A DNA stretch of 64,000 nucleotides, from positions 116,808,001 through 116,872,000 of the forward strand of contig NC_135803.1 in the NCBI RefSeq assembly GCF_964213995.1, read 5' to 3'. Shown here piece after piece: positions 37,237 to 49,946 of the stretch; within the stretch, counting starts at the first letter, position 1; every line of letters begins with the position of its first letter. The stretch is from Mustelus asterias (lineage: Eukaryota). The translations under genes and the position numbers were made by a program. The notes beneath the pieces are model-generated. The model saw nothing but the letters and a program-made list of their open reading frames with translations, did no database searches and was not told the origin of the DNA.

Positions 37237-38999
37237 GAACATAGAACAGTACAGCACAGAACAGGCCCTTCGGCCCACGATGTTGTGCCGAGCTTTATCT
37301 GAAACCAAGATCAAGCTATCCCACTCCCTATCATCCTGGTGTGCTCCATGTGCCTATCCAATAACCGCTTAAATGTTCCTAAAGTGTCTGACTCCACTAT
37401 CACTGCAGGCAGTCCATTCCACACCCCAACCACTCTCTGCGTAAAGAACCTACCTCTGATATCCTTCCTATATCTCCCACCATGAACCCTATAGTTATGC
37501 CCCCTTGTAATAGCTCCATCCACCCAAGGAAATAGTCTTTGAACGTTCACTCTATCTATCCCCTTCATCATTTTATAAACCTCTATTAAGTCTCCCCTCA
37601 ACCTCCTCCGCTCCAGAGAGAACAGCCCCAGCTCCCTCAACCTTTCCTCATAAGACCTACCCTCCAAACCAGGCAGCACCCTGGTAAATCTCCTCTGCAC
37701 TCTTTCCAGCGCTTCCACATCCTTCTTATTGTGAGGTGACCAGAACTGCACAAAATATTCCAAATGTGATCTCACCAAGGTCCTGTACAGTTGCAGCATA
37801 ACCCCACGGCTCTTAAACTCCAACCCCCTGTTAATAAAAGCTAACACACTATAGGCCGCCTTCACAGCTCTATCCACTTGAGTGGCAACCTTTAGAGATC
37901 TGTGGATATGGACCCCAAGATCTCTCTGTTCCTCCACAGTCTTCAGAACCCTACCTTTGACCCTGTAATCCACATTTAAATTAGTCCTACCAAAATGAAT
38001 CACCTCACATTTATCAGGGTTAAACTCCATTTGCCATTTTTCAGCCCAGCTTTGCATCCTATCTATGTCTCTTTGCAGTCTACAACAGCCCTCCACCTCA
38101 TCCACTACTCTACCAATCTTGGTGTCATCAGCAAATTTACTGATCCACCCTTCAGCCCCCTCCTCTAAGTCATTAATAAAAATCACAAAGAGCAGAGGAC
38201 CAAGCACTGATCCCTGTGGCACTCTGCTAGCAACCTGCCTCCAGTCTGAAAATTTTCCATCCACCACCACCCTCTGAGTTCGATCAGATAGCCAGTTAGC
38301 TATCCAATCGGCCAACTCCCAGCCCCTCTCACTGTCACCCATCTGTTTTCATTCCTCGGAGTAACTGCATTCCTAAAGCTTCTGTCTATGGCCACCTCTG
38401 CGTCCCTAATGATCCTAAGTTCATCCAACTCCAGCTTCAGTTCCCTAACACGGTTTTGGAGGAGCTGCAGATGGGTGCACTTCCCACAGGTGTAATCAAC
38501 ACGGACACTGTCGTCGTCCCTCACCTCAAACATAGTGCAAGAGGAACATAGCACTGCCTGCACACCCATCCCCTCTAGATACCTTGCCAGTACCAGGTAG
38601 AAACAGCAAAAATGAATTCAACTCACCCCTGCTCGCCCTTTCCGCCTAAGCCCTGTGAGCCAAAGCCTTATAGCTCACACTCTGCTTCCCACTCACTCAA
38701 GCCCTGTGAGCCAAAGCCTTGTGGCTCACACTCTGCTTCCCACTCACTCCCCTGCCCGCTCCCGACGCTGCCCGCTGTATACTGCAGCCTACCTTTTATA
38801 CTTCACGCGCTTAAAAAACCCTTCCCAGACTCCTTAGCAGCCCACTTCTAGTTTGCACTTTAAACTTAAAATACTACTGCAAAAGTAAAGGCCAAAAGAA
38901 AACACACACTCGCTGACTAATTAAATAAATAAACAATTCAATTAATCTCTCACCAGCACTGCTGCCTCCAATCACTCCCTCTCAGCTTGCTCCAGTGGA
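37237..38999 (-). mobile_element. Internally deleted CR1 element: 5' UTR + ORF1 N-terminus + ORF2 3' half, with 8-bp TSD
   Basis: TSD GACTCTTA at 37229-37236 and 39000-39007. ORF1 Cys-rich/zipper segment CSSC..CGKC..LQLLQNRVRELKLELDELR..WVTVR at 38569-38321. RT C-terminal half is open to 37311. (TTCTATG) tail. Confidence 0.88.
38648..38750. repeat. Two copies of a ~51-bp unit in the CR1 5' UTR
   Basis: AAGCCCTGTGAGCCAAAGCCTT..GCTCACACTCTGCTTCCCACTCACTC occurs twice in tandem. Confidence 0.85.
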
Positions 39000-39966
39000 G
39001 ACTCTTACCGTCTCCTAGCTGAATAAGACAGTTGAACTGAATCTGTGGTTTTTCTGAACTGACTTGACTCGCCATTATAACCAGTTGATCCATCAAGGGA
39101 ATTGACCGTAAGCAATTTAACTCTTAATGTTATGATCTCAATGGAGAACAGTAACTTTTTCCCCCCCGGCTATTCATAAACCCAGGTATTTACTAAAGGA
39201 ATGATACCACAGGTTTCCTGTTTAAAACAAAAGAATTTGACATTACAAAAATCGAAGAACATGAATTTGGTCAGTTACATTAAGTATAATGAACATATTT
39301 ACTTATACTCTCTAAGCTGCTTCTTTTAACTCAACTTGTCTTCTGCACCCATCTGACTTGCATCCCCCACCCCCCTCTCTCACCACCTCCCACATAAACT
39401 GATACTTAATTGGAAGACACTAACCACTTTCTGTGAATACAGTTTCAAAGATTGTCATAAGGACTCTGATTTGTTGGGCTCTCTGACGAGGTTGCCCTTT
39501 CAAATCTCCTCCAGTCCCAAGGTTATAGATACCCCACTTCACACAGGGATAGCTATTTCAGGTCAGATCTCTCCTGGTCCTAATGTTCTTAACTCTGGAG
39601 TCCTGTATCTAGAACTTTTTCTCTTTTCAGCTTGGCTATTCCTGGAATTCCAACTCACTGTTATAAGAGTCCTCTAATTCACAAGAATTTTAAATGTTTT
39701 TAGCCAGCATACAGAATATCAATTGAATCCCATTTGGAAGAAATGTTCCTTGCATCCAGCTTGCTCTAAAACTAACGTGCTTGAGCACAGCATAACACAC
39801 ACTATCTACTCCTATAGTCTACTTGTTGACCCCTTTTCTGTTGTTTATCTCCCAGGCAACTTAGTCACATGATTGGTTACTTGTGGCAAGTTTTTTTTTC
39901 AGAAATAATTTCCTAAAGAAATTTGGATCTTAAAGGGTCCATCACCCCAACATATAGGTTTTTCCC

Positions 39967-40014
39967 CAACAGCATATGGGCTAACAACGTCAACAGCATA
40001 TGGGCTAATGACGT
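39967..40014. repeat. 24-bp tandem duplication
   Basis: CAACAGCATATGGGCTAACAACGT followed by CAACAGCATATGGGCTAATGACGT. Confidence 0.85.
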
Positions 40015-40155
40015 AAACACCCTCAAAACTAGTATCAATCCTCCAGATTTTTGAATTAATTGCTCTCCATTGGAACCGTGTTGAAATTGCCTGTAGCATC
40101 ACTGATTTCAGGGGAGGAATGAATGCCTGCTTTCTATCCCTTGTTACTATACATT

Positions 40156-40384
40156 GGGAGGGTTGGTTAGCTCAGTTGGCTGGACAGCTGGTTTGTGATG
40201 CAGAGCGACACCAACAGCGCAGGTACAATTTCGATACTAGCTGAAGTTATTCGTGAAGGCCCACCTTCTCAACCTTGCCCCTCACCTGAGGTGTGATGAT
40301 CCTCAGGTTAAATCACCACTTACACCCCGTTAAAGGAGAGAGCAGCCTATGGTCATCTGGGACTACGGCGACTTTACCTTTACA
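40156..40384 (+). mobile_element. tRNA-derived SINE of a further family
   Basis: A box TAGCTCAGTTGG, degenerate B box and (CTTTAC)n tail; related minus-strand fragment at about 3425-3495. Confidence 0.65.
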
Positions 40385-41564
40385 TTGACCTTTACTGACT
40401 TTTGTGTATGGGTACAGGATCCAGCTGAGTTTTTTCCTTCCCCTTCACAGACTCCTTGCAGTCCCTGTTGAAATCCACACAAATTTAATAGACACTTAGG
40501 TGATTGAGGGTGACTGTAGTGTCACTGAAGAAACCAGTGTCTTTGAGGAAAAAAAAGAAAAATGTTTTTATAAGAAACTGTTTAAACTCATTTGAAGTGG
40601 GGTGTTCTTCACTTGCCTGCTCTAATTCAAGTGCATTCGTTTTTGCATAAACTTCAACCTTCCAATTTTTCCTCTAATTTTGAGAAAACTGCTTATTGCA
40701 ATTATTTCTATGCGGTCAGCATCACAATCCTTTCATGTGGCCAGTTTGCCATACAGACTTGGACTGATCCCAAACGTGCCAGCCAGCACAGGCTGACTGC
40801 ATAAACTGTTGTACAAATTATATCTTAGTTTGAAATGTAGTTCCTACACTGACTTTTAACATGAAGTACAAAGACAATTGAGCTTTAAGTCTGCTTCATC
40901 TATGCTCAGTTAGGTCTCCCTGCATCTCTCTGTTCTTTGGCAGCTAGTGAATCCTGAAGAGTTCTGTTAGGTACTCTAAAACAGAGGCTAATTATTCAAG
41001 TGGGAGAGAAAATTTGAGGACAAATCTAGCTGTGCACTTCTCACTTGCTATTTCAAAGATGTTACTACAGTAAAATGTTGGGAACTGTCGACCTCAGTAA
41101 TCAACTGGTGAAGAATAATTTATGTTGAGAAGTTGAGTGGCCTGAAGAGAAGGAAATAAAACACATTAGGGTCTCAATTTTTATTTAGGCTAACGGTACT
41201 GACAGTTTGCTATATTTTTGAAAGTACAATCTTCAAAATGGAAGGCTAACCTGAGTAGTTCAGTTCAAATTGACATTGAAGATTGCTACATTAATAAGGA
41301 CAGCAAGTTTTCTTTGGTCCTGGCTAACTTTTCCAAACAAACATTTGCAAAATAAATTAATAGATTATTCATCTCTGTGGAGTTTCGCTGTGTGTGAAAT
41401 GATTGTCATGTTTACTTATAGTTAGTTATATAGATGGCAAAATTACCATATGTAAAATATTTTGAGAATTTGAGACTTGATGATGTGATTATATAAAATC
41501 AAGTTTTACTTATGAAGCTTGAATGTGGAAATTAGTCACTTTAAAAGTACTTTTTCTGTTTCAG

Positions 41565-41629
41565 AATTTCATATCGTTATTAGTGGATTAGATTCTATAA
41601 TTGCCAGAAGGTGGATCAATGGGATGTTG
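41565..41629 (+). CDS. UBA3: UBA3 exon 8, 65 nt
   Basis: [22 protein letters not shown]; donor GTATGA. Confidence 0.96.
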
Positions 41630-42331
41630 GTATGAATATTAATACATATATTCATGTAGAATAACAGTTACTTAACGATTGAATGGCAGCAATTTAAGGA
41701 AGGAATTCAGATAATGTAACCATAAGAACAAAGCTCGGGCATTATACATTTGTCACTTGTTCACTAGATGAGGTTAATTCAGAAGATGCTGGAAACCCTC
41801 AGCAGATCAGGCAGTGTTTGTGAAGAGTTAAACAGAATTATCCTTTCAGATCAATGGCCTTTATCAAAACAGCATCTTCCTAGCATCTGTTAATGAAGCT
41901 AGCTCTATTCTGTTTCCTTTGTTCACCCCAAACCAGATAACCAAGGTACTCCAGACATTTGCATGCTGGTACTCAACCATCTGTCTCCCCTGTGAGTTAG
42001 AGTAATAATTAGCAGATAATTAAAAATGATGTTATGTATATCTTGTAAACAATATTGGCCAGTGGTTTAAAATGGGCAGAAAAACATACCAAGTGAGATC
42101 AGTTACATAGAGACAATGCATCAACTAACGAGTATCAAACTACCTCTACATTTATAATAGTCATAGTGAGAAGTTCTACATATGGGAAACTAAATGGAAA
42201 TGGAGTGTACTATGTTCCCAACAGTGGATCCAGGGATTTAAAATCACCATGAGGTAGCCAAATGTATATTATTAAAAGGATATTCAGGACAATTGAAAAC
42301 TGTTTTTGAAAAAAATGTTTGTTGCTCATAG

Positions 42332-42487
42332 ATATCCTTGCTGAACTTTGAAGATGGAACACTAGACCCAAGCTCCATTATACCATTGATTGACGGTGGC
42401 ACTGAAGGGTTTAAGGGTAATGCACGTGTTATATTGCCAGGAATGACAGCATGTATAGAGTGTACACTGGAACTATATCCTCCTCAG
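42332..42487 (+). CDS. UBA3: UBA3 exon 9, 156 nt
   Basis: [52 protein letters not shown]; donor GTAACT. Confidence 0.97.
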
Positions 42488-42759
42488 GTAACTAGGTACA
42501 AAAATGTTACTGATTCAGTTTTTGGGGCCCGATAAGTTAGAAGGTGAAGTTATTTTTTAAAAAGTTTCCTCATATTCCAAACGACTTTTTCCATTCCCCA
42601 TCTCTGGTTCAATATTTTAAGATAGTTTTATCTTTGATTAGTTACGTATGTTTTCCAATTTTGCTCTTCAACTTAATTTTTTTCATCTTTTCCCCTATCA
42701 AATTTAATGAAGTCCTATCTATGTCTTATTTTATTTCAGCTTTAAAATATATTTTGTGG

Positions 42760-43080
42760 AAGGGATGGCCTAGTGGTATCATTGCTAGACTATTAATCCA
42801 GAAACTCAGCTAATGTTCTGGGGCCCTGGGTTTGAATTCCGCCACGGCAGCTGGTGGAATTTGAATTCAATAAAAAAAAATCTGGAATTAAGAATCTACT
42901 GATGACCATGAAACCATTGATTGTAGGGAAAACCCATCTAGTTCACTAATATCCTTTAGGGAAGGAAATCTGCCATCCTCACCTGGTCTAGCCTACATGT
43001 GACTCCAGACCCACAGCAATGTGGTTGACTCTCAACTGCCCTCCAAGAGCAACTAGGGGTGGGCAATAAATATCCCACAA
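42760..43080 (+). mobile_element. tRNA-head SINE with CR1-type tail
   Basis: TGGCCTAGTGG A box, GGTTTGAATTCC B box, tail ending GGGCAATAAAT. Confidence 0.7.
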
Positions 43081-43434
43081 ATGAATAAAAAGAAATTACC
43101 ATGGTAACATCTCTTGGATCAGTAAACATTATTTCAGTCAAGCCCATAGTAGCCTGATTCTTAAACCAATCTGTGTTCTGCTTTTAGTCCCTGAGTGGGT
43201 GGGTGGGGTGGGTTGGAGTGTCAAATAATTTTCCCCTTGACTTCTCCCTCAATGATTTGTTTCAAAAAATTGGAGCCCAGTTTTAGGGGAATCATATCCA
43301 TTTTTGTTTCTATTTTATACATTGAGAAATTTTAAATGGGCCAATTATTTTACCTTGTATGCATAGATCTAGAATTTTACACAGTAATTTTTAAATAAAA
43401 TAAATTAAAAATAATTTTGCTATTTGCTTTCCAG

Positions 43435-43537
43435 ATCAACTTTCCCATGTGTACCATTGCTTCTATGCCTAGGCTTCCAGAGCACTGTATTGAATATGTC
43501 AGAATCTTGCAGTGGCCCAAAGAAAGCCCCTTTGGAG
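43435..43537 (+). CDS. UBA3: UBA3 exon 10 (catalytic Cys codon 43450-43452), 103 nt
   Basis: [34 protein letters not shown]; donor GTAATG. Confidence 0.97.
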
Positions 43538-43721
43538 GTAATGTTAACTAAATCTAATATTCTGAAGTTTGCTTTGATAACTTATTAGCAAAAGAAGTAA
43601 AAGCTTTTGAGCACTGTTGTTTGGGACCCTTGCACTGACTAATAATTTGTGTATATGATATCCAAGTCTGCCTGAAAGTGCAACCCCCTTATTCAACTCT
43701 TGAACTTAATTTTAAAGTAAA

Positions 43722-44016
43722 GTTTATTTATTAGTCACAAGTAGACTTACATTAACACTGCAATGAAGTTACTGTGAAAAATCCCCTGGTTGCCATATTC
43801 TGGTGCCTGTTCGGGTACACTGAGGGAGAATTTAACATGGCCAATCCACCTAACCAGCACGTCTTTCGGACTGTGGGAGGAAACTGGAGCACCGGGAGGA
43901 AACCCATGCAGACACGGGGCGAACGTGCAGACTCCACACAGATGGTGACCTAAGCTGGAAATCGAACCTAGGTCCCTGGCGCTGTGAAGCTACAGTGCTA
44001 ACCACTGTGCCACCGT
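43722..44016 (-). mobile_element. HE1-head SINE with the alternative tail
   Basis: Same structure as 21712-22018. Confidence 0.82.
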
Positions 44017-44099
44017 TTCGCAATGTAAGGTGGATTCATGATGACCAAGCAAATGGTGTTAACTAATAGTTCACACTCTTAAACATTGTCTCTTACTTT

Positions 44100-44950
44100 T
44101 CCATACTGGTTTTCAAGATGAAGACGATTATCAGCGGTTACCAAAGCAGTTTGTATTTCATCCAGGACACTTCTTGTTGTCCAATGTAGACCTCTGTTCA
44201 GTAGCACTAGAAATATGAGTAGCGGTGTTTAATCATATTGCATCAAAGGCATTTGCTAGGTTGCTGTGTGGGTATTTGTTAGTTTGGTACCAAACTAGAC
44301 TATGTGTAATCTTGAGCCTCAATGAGTATTGATAGTATTCTTCAGACATTGGGTTTCTTAACCCCCCTTTTTGGTTCTTGCGTGTGAGGAATTGGAGGTG
44401 TGATTGACCATGAAGAAGAATTGGGATTGGATGGAACACCCTGGGAACAACTACGTGATGTTTCTGAGAGGGACTGCACCGCCCCCACCTTGTTTGGTCA
44501 CTCTTCCAGGAGTTTTAGGTTCATCCCTGGGGTGCTATTCCCAATGCAAAAACATGGGGCTGCTCTCAGACCTCATGAACGTTTGTATTGGTCAGCAACA
44601 GATGTCCCCAGATGGATGCATCTCTACTGCCTTCAGAGTACCCTTCAAACTCGCCACTGTGCACACTGATTACCATCTCCCCTCAGAACAAACTTCAACC
44701 CTGAGTTGTTTGCATATTTTTCTCTCAAATTTGGCATCCATAGTTCTGAGCAGAGAAATTCATCAGCCACATTGTTGCCCTGAATGAGAGAGTGTTTAAT
44801 TTTGCAGCGTTGTTGAGTAAGAATCACTCCAACTCCTGCTTGATTAAAGTCAAGATGTTGCATTACTCTGAGCTTCTGCGCAGCATGGTGCCACATGCCA
44901 CCTGAGATCTAGCAGGTTTGCTTCTATCCCTTTATGTAACAGTTCAGACC
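44100..44950 (-). mobile_element. Possible degenerate Gypsy-type integrase relic
   Basis: Minus-strand fragments QHLDF and HPSG..IQTFMR loosely resemble integrase core motifs; heavily decayed. Confidence 0.35.
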
Positions 44951-46827
44951 TGTATAGGATTTCTTCATCTTGGATCAATGCAAAAATATAAGATAATTTC
45001 CTTCACTGCTGGTGTCTGTGGAATGTATGTATACGCAGTTGTATTTCAAACCTTATAACCTTTAAGCAACTTGTATTAAACAAATTGGTAGCTTAATCAT
45101 GACCTACTGAAGGTTTTTTTGTAAAAAGGGATCATGCAATAATTTGCAGATAACCTGCTTGAGCTTGTTGTGAAAATCAAAAATTCTTAAGTGGATTTCT
45201 GGATGAATTACAAGATTCCATTTCAAAATACATTTTAAAAAGCCCTTGGTCAGCTTGTTTATGTGCCAACTCTATTATAAAAGTTTCAACCTACGATGAC
45301 CTTCGCAGTTGAAACAGTTGCCTAGCATATTGAATATGCATGCTGTTGCAGGCTCTGACAACTGAGTATTTCTGGTGAGCATCCCCTCAGTGGCCTTGGC
45401 CAACAGTTATGTTTGTGTTAATGTGTAAATTGTAAATGCAAATCGTTACTTGCTCTAAAACTCTCCAATTCTTCCCCCACACCCTGATGCAGCCCTAATC
45501 CTGCACCTCATGATAAATCACTGGCAGCACAAATATGCAGTGCTGCTGCACCTCGCTGTGGTTTTGGAACAATAGCCTGTCCCCTGCCATTGGGTAGCCC
45601 TGACTCCTCCGATCCCACTTCCCTCACCTCTCTCGTTCTCTCACTAGCTTTCGCAGACATCTGTGGTCCCTCCTGTTAGCACAGCCAGCTGCTCCAGAAG
45701 CACGCCACGGTGCCCCTTGCTTCATCTTGTTGCTCTATATGCAGGTGGTGTGAAGTGATATCTGGCCTTTTACTTTGGCGTGACTGACTATAGGATGTCA
45801 AAACCTACTGTTGCTGTTAAATCTTTGGCTCACTGTTGTCCCCTGCGGAAGATTCTGCATTCTCTCTGTGATGTTCTTTAACCTGGTGCCACATAAACAA
45901 AAAGGACAGTCTGTCTCCCTATCTATAGAATCTTCAATGCTTTTTGTTCCTTTGCAAACTCCTTTGCCCATTGGTGCCATGATCTGGATTGCACACCTTC
46001 AAGGCATTGTCACGCCCAGGAGTCTGCAGTGGTAAGTACCAGGTTGATAGTGACATGCACTACAAGAATCCCTGCCTCTTGCTCCTCCTCTGGTTAGCCA
46101 TCTATCTTATCCTGAACGCATGTTGCCTGTACAATGGCCACTTCCTAAAATGTGCAATCCGTCAAACTCTCCTCATGCTCTTCAGTGACTCCAGATGCTC
46201 TTCAAGCTCAGAAACTGCTCAAGCTGAAGCAGGTGGAGAACCTTCCCACACTTGTGGTTTCCTAAGACACACTGTGCCATGAAGCTCCCACATGGCACAG
46301 GAATTGCAGGCAACACCTCTCACTTTTTGTGATTAGTGAAACAGCACTTCTTCCAAATTCCCCAAGTTTAGTACACTGCAGAAGCAGTACTCTGTAGAAT
46401 TGCGCTTATAATAAAATTGCAAAGTTTAATCGGTCTCATTCAATTTCTGGTGAGGGTACATCTGAGGCATTAACTGTCCATAATTCAGAAATTGCAGCGA
46501 AATTGGAAACTTCACTCGAGTGAGGCCAACTGGTATTGAGACAGAAGAATTCACACAGGTGCTGATGTCATTGACTTTTGAAGATAGTTTTGCCACATTT
46601 TGGCCTGTTTTGACAAGAGCTTTATTCTGCAAGTATCTGGTGCTTGATGCTGAAAGTGTGCTTGAAGTGGAAATATTCTAGTTCCCAGCATTGATTTACT
46701 CTGCTGAACAAAAAAATGCAAAATTATCTTATTCTTACAGGTTAACTTGAGATACCCTCATTGTCAGCACCAGTGTGTGTACAGCAGGCTATGTTACCAA
46801 AATGAAGTGTCTTGTTTTTTCCTACAG

Positions 46828-46941
46828 AGGGCGTTGCACTGGATGGTGATGATCCAGAGCATATACAATGGGTTTTTCAGAAATCACTTGAAAGAGCTGC
46901 TCATTTCAACATAACTGGCATCTCATATAGACTTACACAGG
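46828..46941 (+). CDS. UBA3: UBA3 exon 11, 114 nt
   Basis: [38 protein letters not shown]; donor GTATGT. Confidence 0.96.
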
Positions 46942-47033
46942 GTATGTCCTATAAAATTAGAATACTTTTTTGCACATTTATACTACTGTAAATCTAAATA
47001 CCTGTTGATGGGACCTTTTACCATTTGTTCCAG

Positions 47034-47087
47034 GGGTTATCAAGAGAATTATCCCTGCAGTAGCATCTACCAATGCAGTAATTGCAG
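47034..47087 (+). CDS. UBA3: UBA3 exon 12, 54 nt
   Basis: GVIKRIIPAVASTNAVIA; donor GTAAAG. Confidence 0.96.
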
Positions 47088-47926
47088 GTAAAGATAGTGT
47101 TAAGTAACTTCTTGAGCTGAGTTTTTTTGAATGCCATAAAGTATCAACTTTGGATTTGAGGTTTAAAATTATAAAATCGATGGAAGCAGGAAAAGTACAA
47201 CATCAGAACCAGTTATCCTGTTTAATTTTACTGCTGCTAAAGGGTAGAAAATTGTTTCGAAGGACTTGGAAACATTTGAGGCTTCTGTGCTTTGTAACTG
47301 TCAAAATGGTTTATCCTTCATGAATTCCATTGGTGAAAGGGTCAACAATTTAAAATGAATGGCAAAAGAACCAATGGTGATGTGAGAAAATGTTTTCTCA
47401 CGCAGTTTGTGGTAGTGCGCTACCGGGGAGTATAGTGGAGGCAGATTCAATCTTGGTTTCAAAAAGGTGTTGGATAAGCATTGGAAGCGAAAATTTGCAA
47501 GGTGACAAGAAAAGGGTGAAAGAGTGGAAGTTGCCCTTGCAGAGAGCCAGTCTCCTTCAGTGCTGTGGATGTTCTATGATGCTGTGACTCATTCTTACCA
47601 AGGTTGAGCGAATGGATGGGCCATTTTTTACTTACAACAACACCTTTAACATAATGAAGGCACTTCACAGGAACATTATAAGACAAAGTTTGACATCAAG
47701 CCACATAAGGAGCTATTAGGTCAGATGACCAAAAAGCTTGATCATCGAAGTAGGTTTCAAGGACTGTCTTACAGGAGGAAAGTTGATAGTGAATCCCAAA
47801 GCTTGGGGCCGAGGAAACTGAACTTTTGGATGCCAATGATGGAACAACTTTTAACCAAGAATATACAAGAGGCCAGAATTAGATGAGTGCAGATATCTGA
47901 GGATTTGGGGGCTGAAGGGGTTAAGG

Positions 47927-48199
47927 CAGTGGTTCCCAAACTTTTTTCACTGGGCCACACTTTCGGAATAAAAATTTGCTCTAAGAAATACATTCAAAAA
48001 CAACAACTAGCAGTGCTTGATTCATAACATAGAACACAACTACTTTATAATATGATCATGGGACATCCAGAAAGTATAAAACAATGCTTGTTTAAACCAT
48101 GTTTAAATGTTTCTTTGATTGTCCTTTAATCTTCCCGCCACACTTGCCATCCTCTCTCGCCGCACCAGTGTGGCGCGCCGCACCCTTTGGGAACCACTG
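47927..48199. mobile_element. Non-autonomous hAT MITE, 273 bp
   Basis: Perfect 14-bp TIRs CAGTGGTTCCCAAA and TTTGGGAACCACTG; exact 8-bp TSD GGTTAAGG at 47919-47926 and 48200-48207. Sits inside an L2-like relic. Confidence 0.93.
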
Positions 48200-49024
48200 G
48201 GTTAAGGTGATGGGGAGGGGCAGGGCCATGGAGGCATTTGAAATCCAGGAAAATTTCAAAATCAAGATGTTGCTTGACTGTGCACCAAGGTAGATCAGAG
48301 CATTGTTTGAGTAAACTGGCAGTAATCTAATTACATAACTATTTTTAAGCAATAATAGTTATTTACAAATGTTGCGTTTCTGACAAGCAAATGCAAAACC
48401 CTCTGATGCAAGGTAGCTAATAGAGTGCAAATAGTTTTCTGTTTAGCTTTATTTCATGGTCTGTTTGCCTAATGCATTCATTCTTGTGTGGGACTGATCG
48501 CTTTCATGCTAGGCATTGATTTGATCACCAATTTGCAGAAACATATTTCACACAGAATTACTAGAGCCGGTGGCAGAGCTAGGTCATCTTCCCAAAAATC
48601 CCTGGGCTGGTTTCACACCTAAGTTTCAGGAATGAAAAGGCAATGTGGGAAAGGATTACACTGTAATCCAGTCCCTTCCGCTCCAACTTTATGTTGGTAA
48701 GATTTCTAACATGGAGAAATTAACCCCTTTAGACAGATGAAGGCACAAAGCATTTTTATAGTATTTCACTCTCCATACTTGAAATAAATTTCAATATAAC
48801 TGTTTCCAAGGCTTGAAATTAAAATCTTACATTTGTAATATGATTGTATTTCAGGTTAGAAGTGCAGAGGTTATATTCTGTTTACTTAAAGACACCACAC
48901 GTTCCTACTTGCAAAGGAGTATTGTGTGACAGTTATTGAACAATCCATTTCAGTACAGATGCAGTTTTTAGTCAATGAGTGGCCAGTGAGTACTTAGCTG
49001 TCATTGCTGAATTAGAATTACAGA

Positions 49025-49192
49025 ATCATAGAATCCCTACAATGCAGAAGGAGGCGATTTGGCCCATCCAGTCTGCACCAACAACAATCCCACCCAGGTC
49101 CTAACTCCATAACCCCATGTATTTACCATGCTAGTCCCCCTGACACTAAGGGGCAATTTGGTTTGGCTAATCAACCTAACCCACACATCTTT
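49025..49192 (-). mobile_element. 5'-truncated HE1 SINE
   Basis: ATCATAGAATCCCTAC..GAAGGAGGC tail through AACCTAACCCACACATCTTT. Confidence 0.82.
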
Positions 49193-49730
49193 CAGTATTC
49201 CAAGTCTCAAAAGTAACTAATTATCATGGTGCAATTGATTGCATAATATCTTCATCATTAAAGGTTCACTTGCACTTTTGGCATACTTTGAATTGTATGA
49301 GGTTCCTCTTTACGAGGCGTGAATTTTGTGTTCATTTCTAAATGACAGTGAATATGCTCTAAAGTGAATGATTGGATTATCAGAATTATTGTAGTACCAG
49401 GAGGCAACAACAGATGGTAGCGCAGCTCTTTCATCATGTAATACCTTGAAGTAGAACCTTGAAATTACATGCACAATGAATCAATTGGATCAGTAGAATA
49501 CATGGAGAGCAATACTGATGAATTATTAACTAATGTTTGCCAGATTGCAATAAATTTATGTCCAGAATGCAATCTTAAAAGGTTAAGTCACTTCCTCATT
49601 ATATTAATGCCAAGCCTAAAAGTTAAGAAGACTATTATTTGTTTACATCATTTAATACTTGATTGAAAAATTAACTTTTGGTTATACATTAAAGGTTAAT
49701 TTTCAAATAATGGAATGTTTCCTTCCCCAG

Positions 49731-49767
49731 CTGTATGTGCAACGGAAGTATTCAAAATTGCATCAAG
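49731..49767 (+). CDS. UBA3: UBA3 exon 13, 37 nt
   Basis: AVCATEVFKIAS; CCCCAG acceptor, GTAAAT donor. Confidence 0.95.
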
Positions 49768-49864
49768 GTAAATTTTTTATTTTTAAACAATTGCTTAGTT
49801 GTGATTTTCATACTCTTGTCTGTTTTCAAATAAAAGTTTAAATTGCACAGTGTTACTTTTTCAG

Positions 49865-49946
49865 TGCATATATTCCTCTGAATAACTACTTGGTGTTCAA
49901 TGATGTCGACGGTCTTTACACCTACACATTTGAAGCAGAACGTAAG
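49865..49946 (+). CDS. UBA3: UBA3 exon 14, 82 nt
   Basis: [27 protein letters not shown]; donor GTGAGT. Confidence 0.96.

Noticed and set aside
39128-40100. Possible solo LTR (TG...CA ends)
   Set aside because: No clear TSD, primer-binding site or second copy in the window.
42332-42340. ATATCCTTG, resembling an AT-AC U12 donor
   Set aside because: It is the first three codons (ISL) of UBA3 exon 9, directly after a valid AG acceptor, and is needed for the reading frame.
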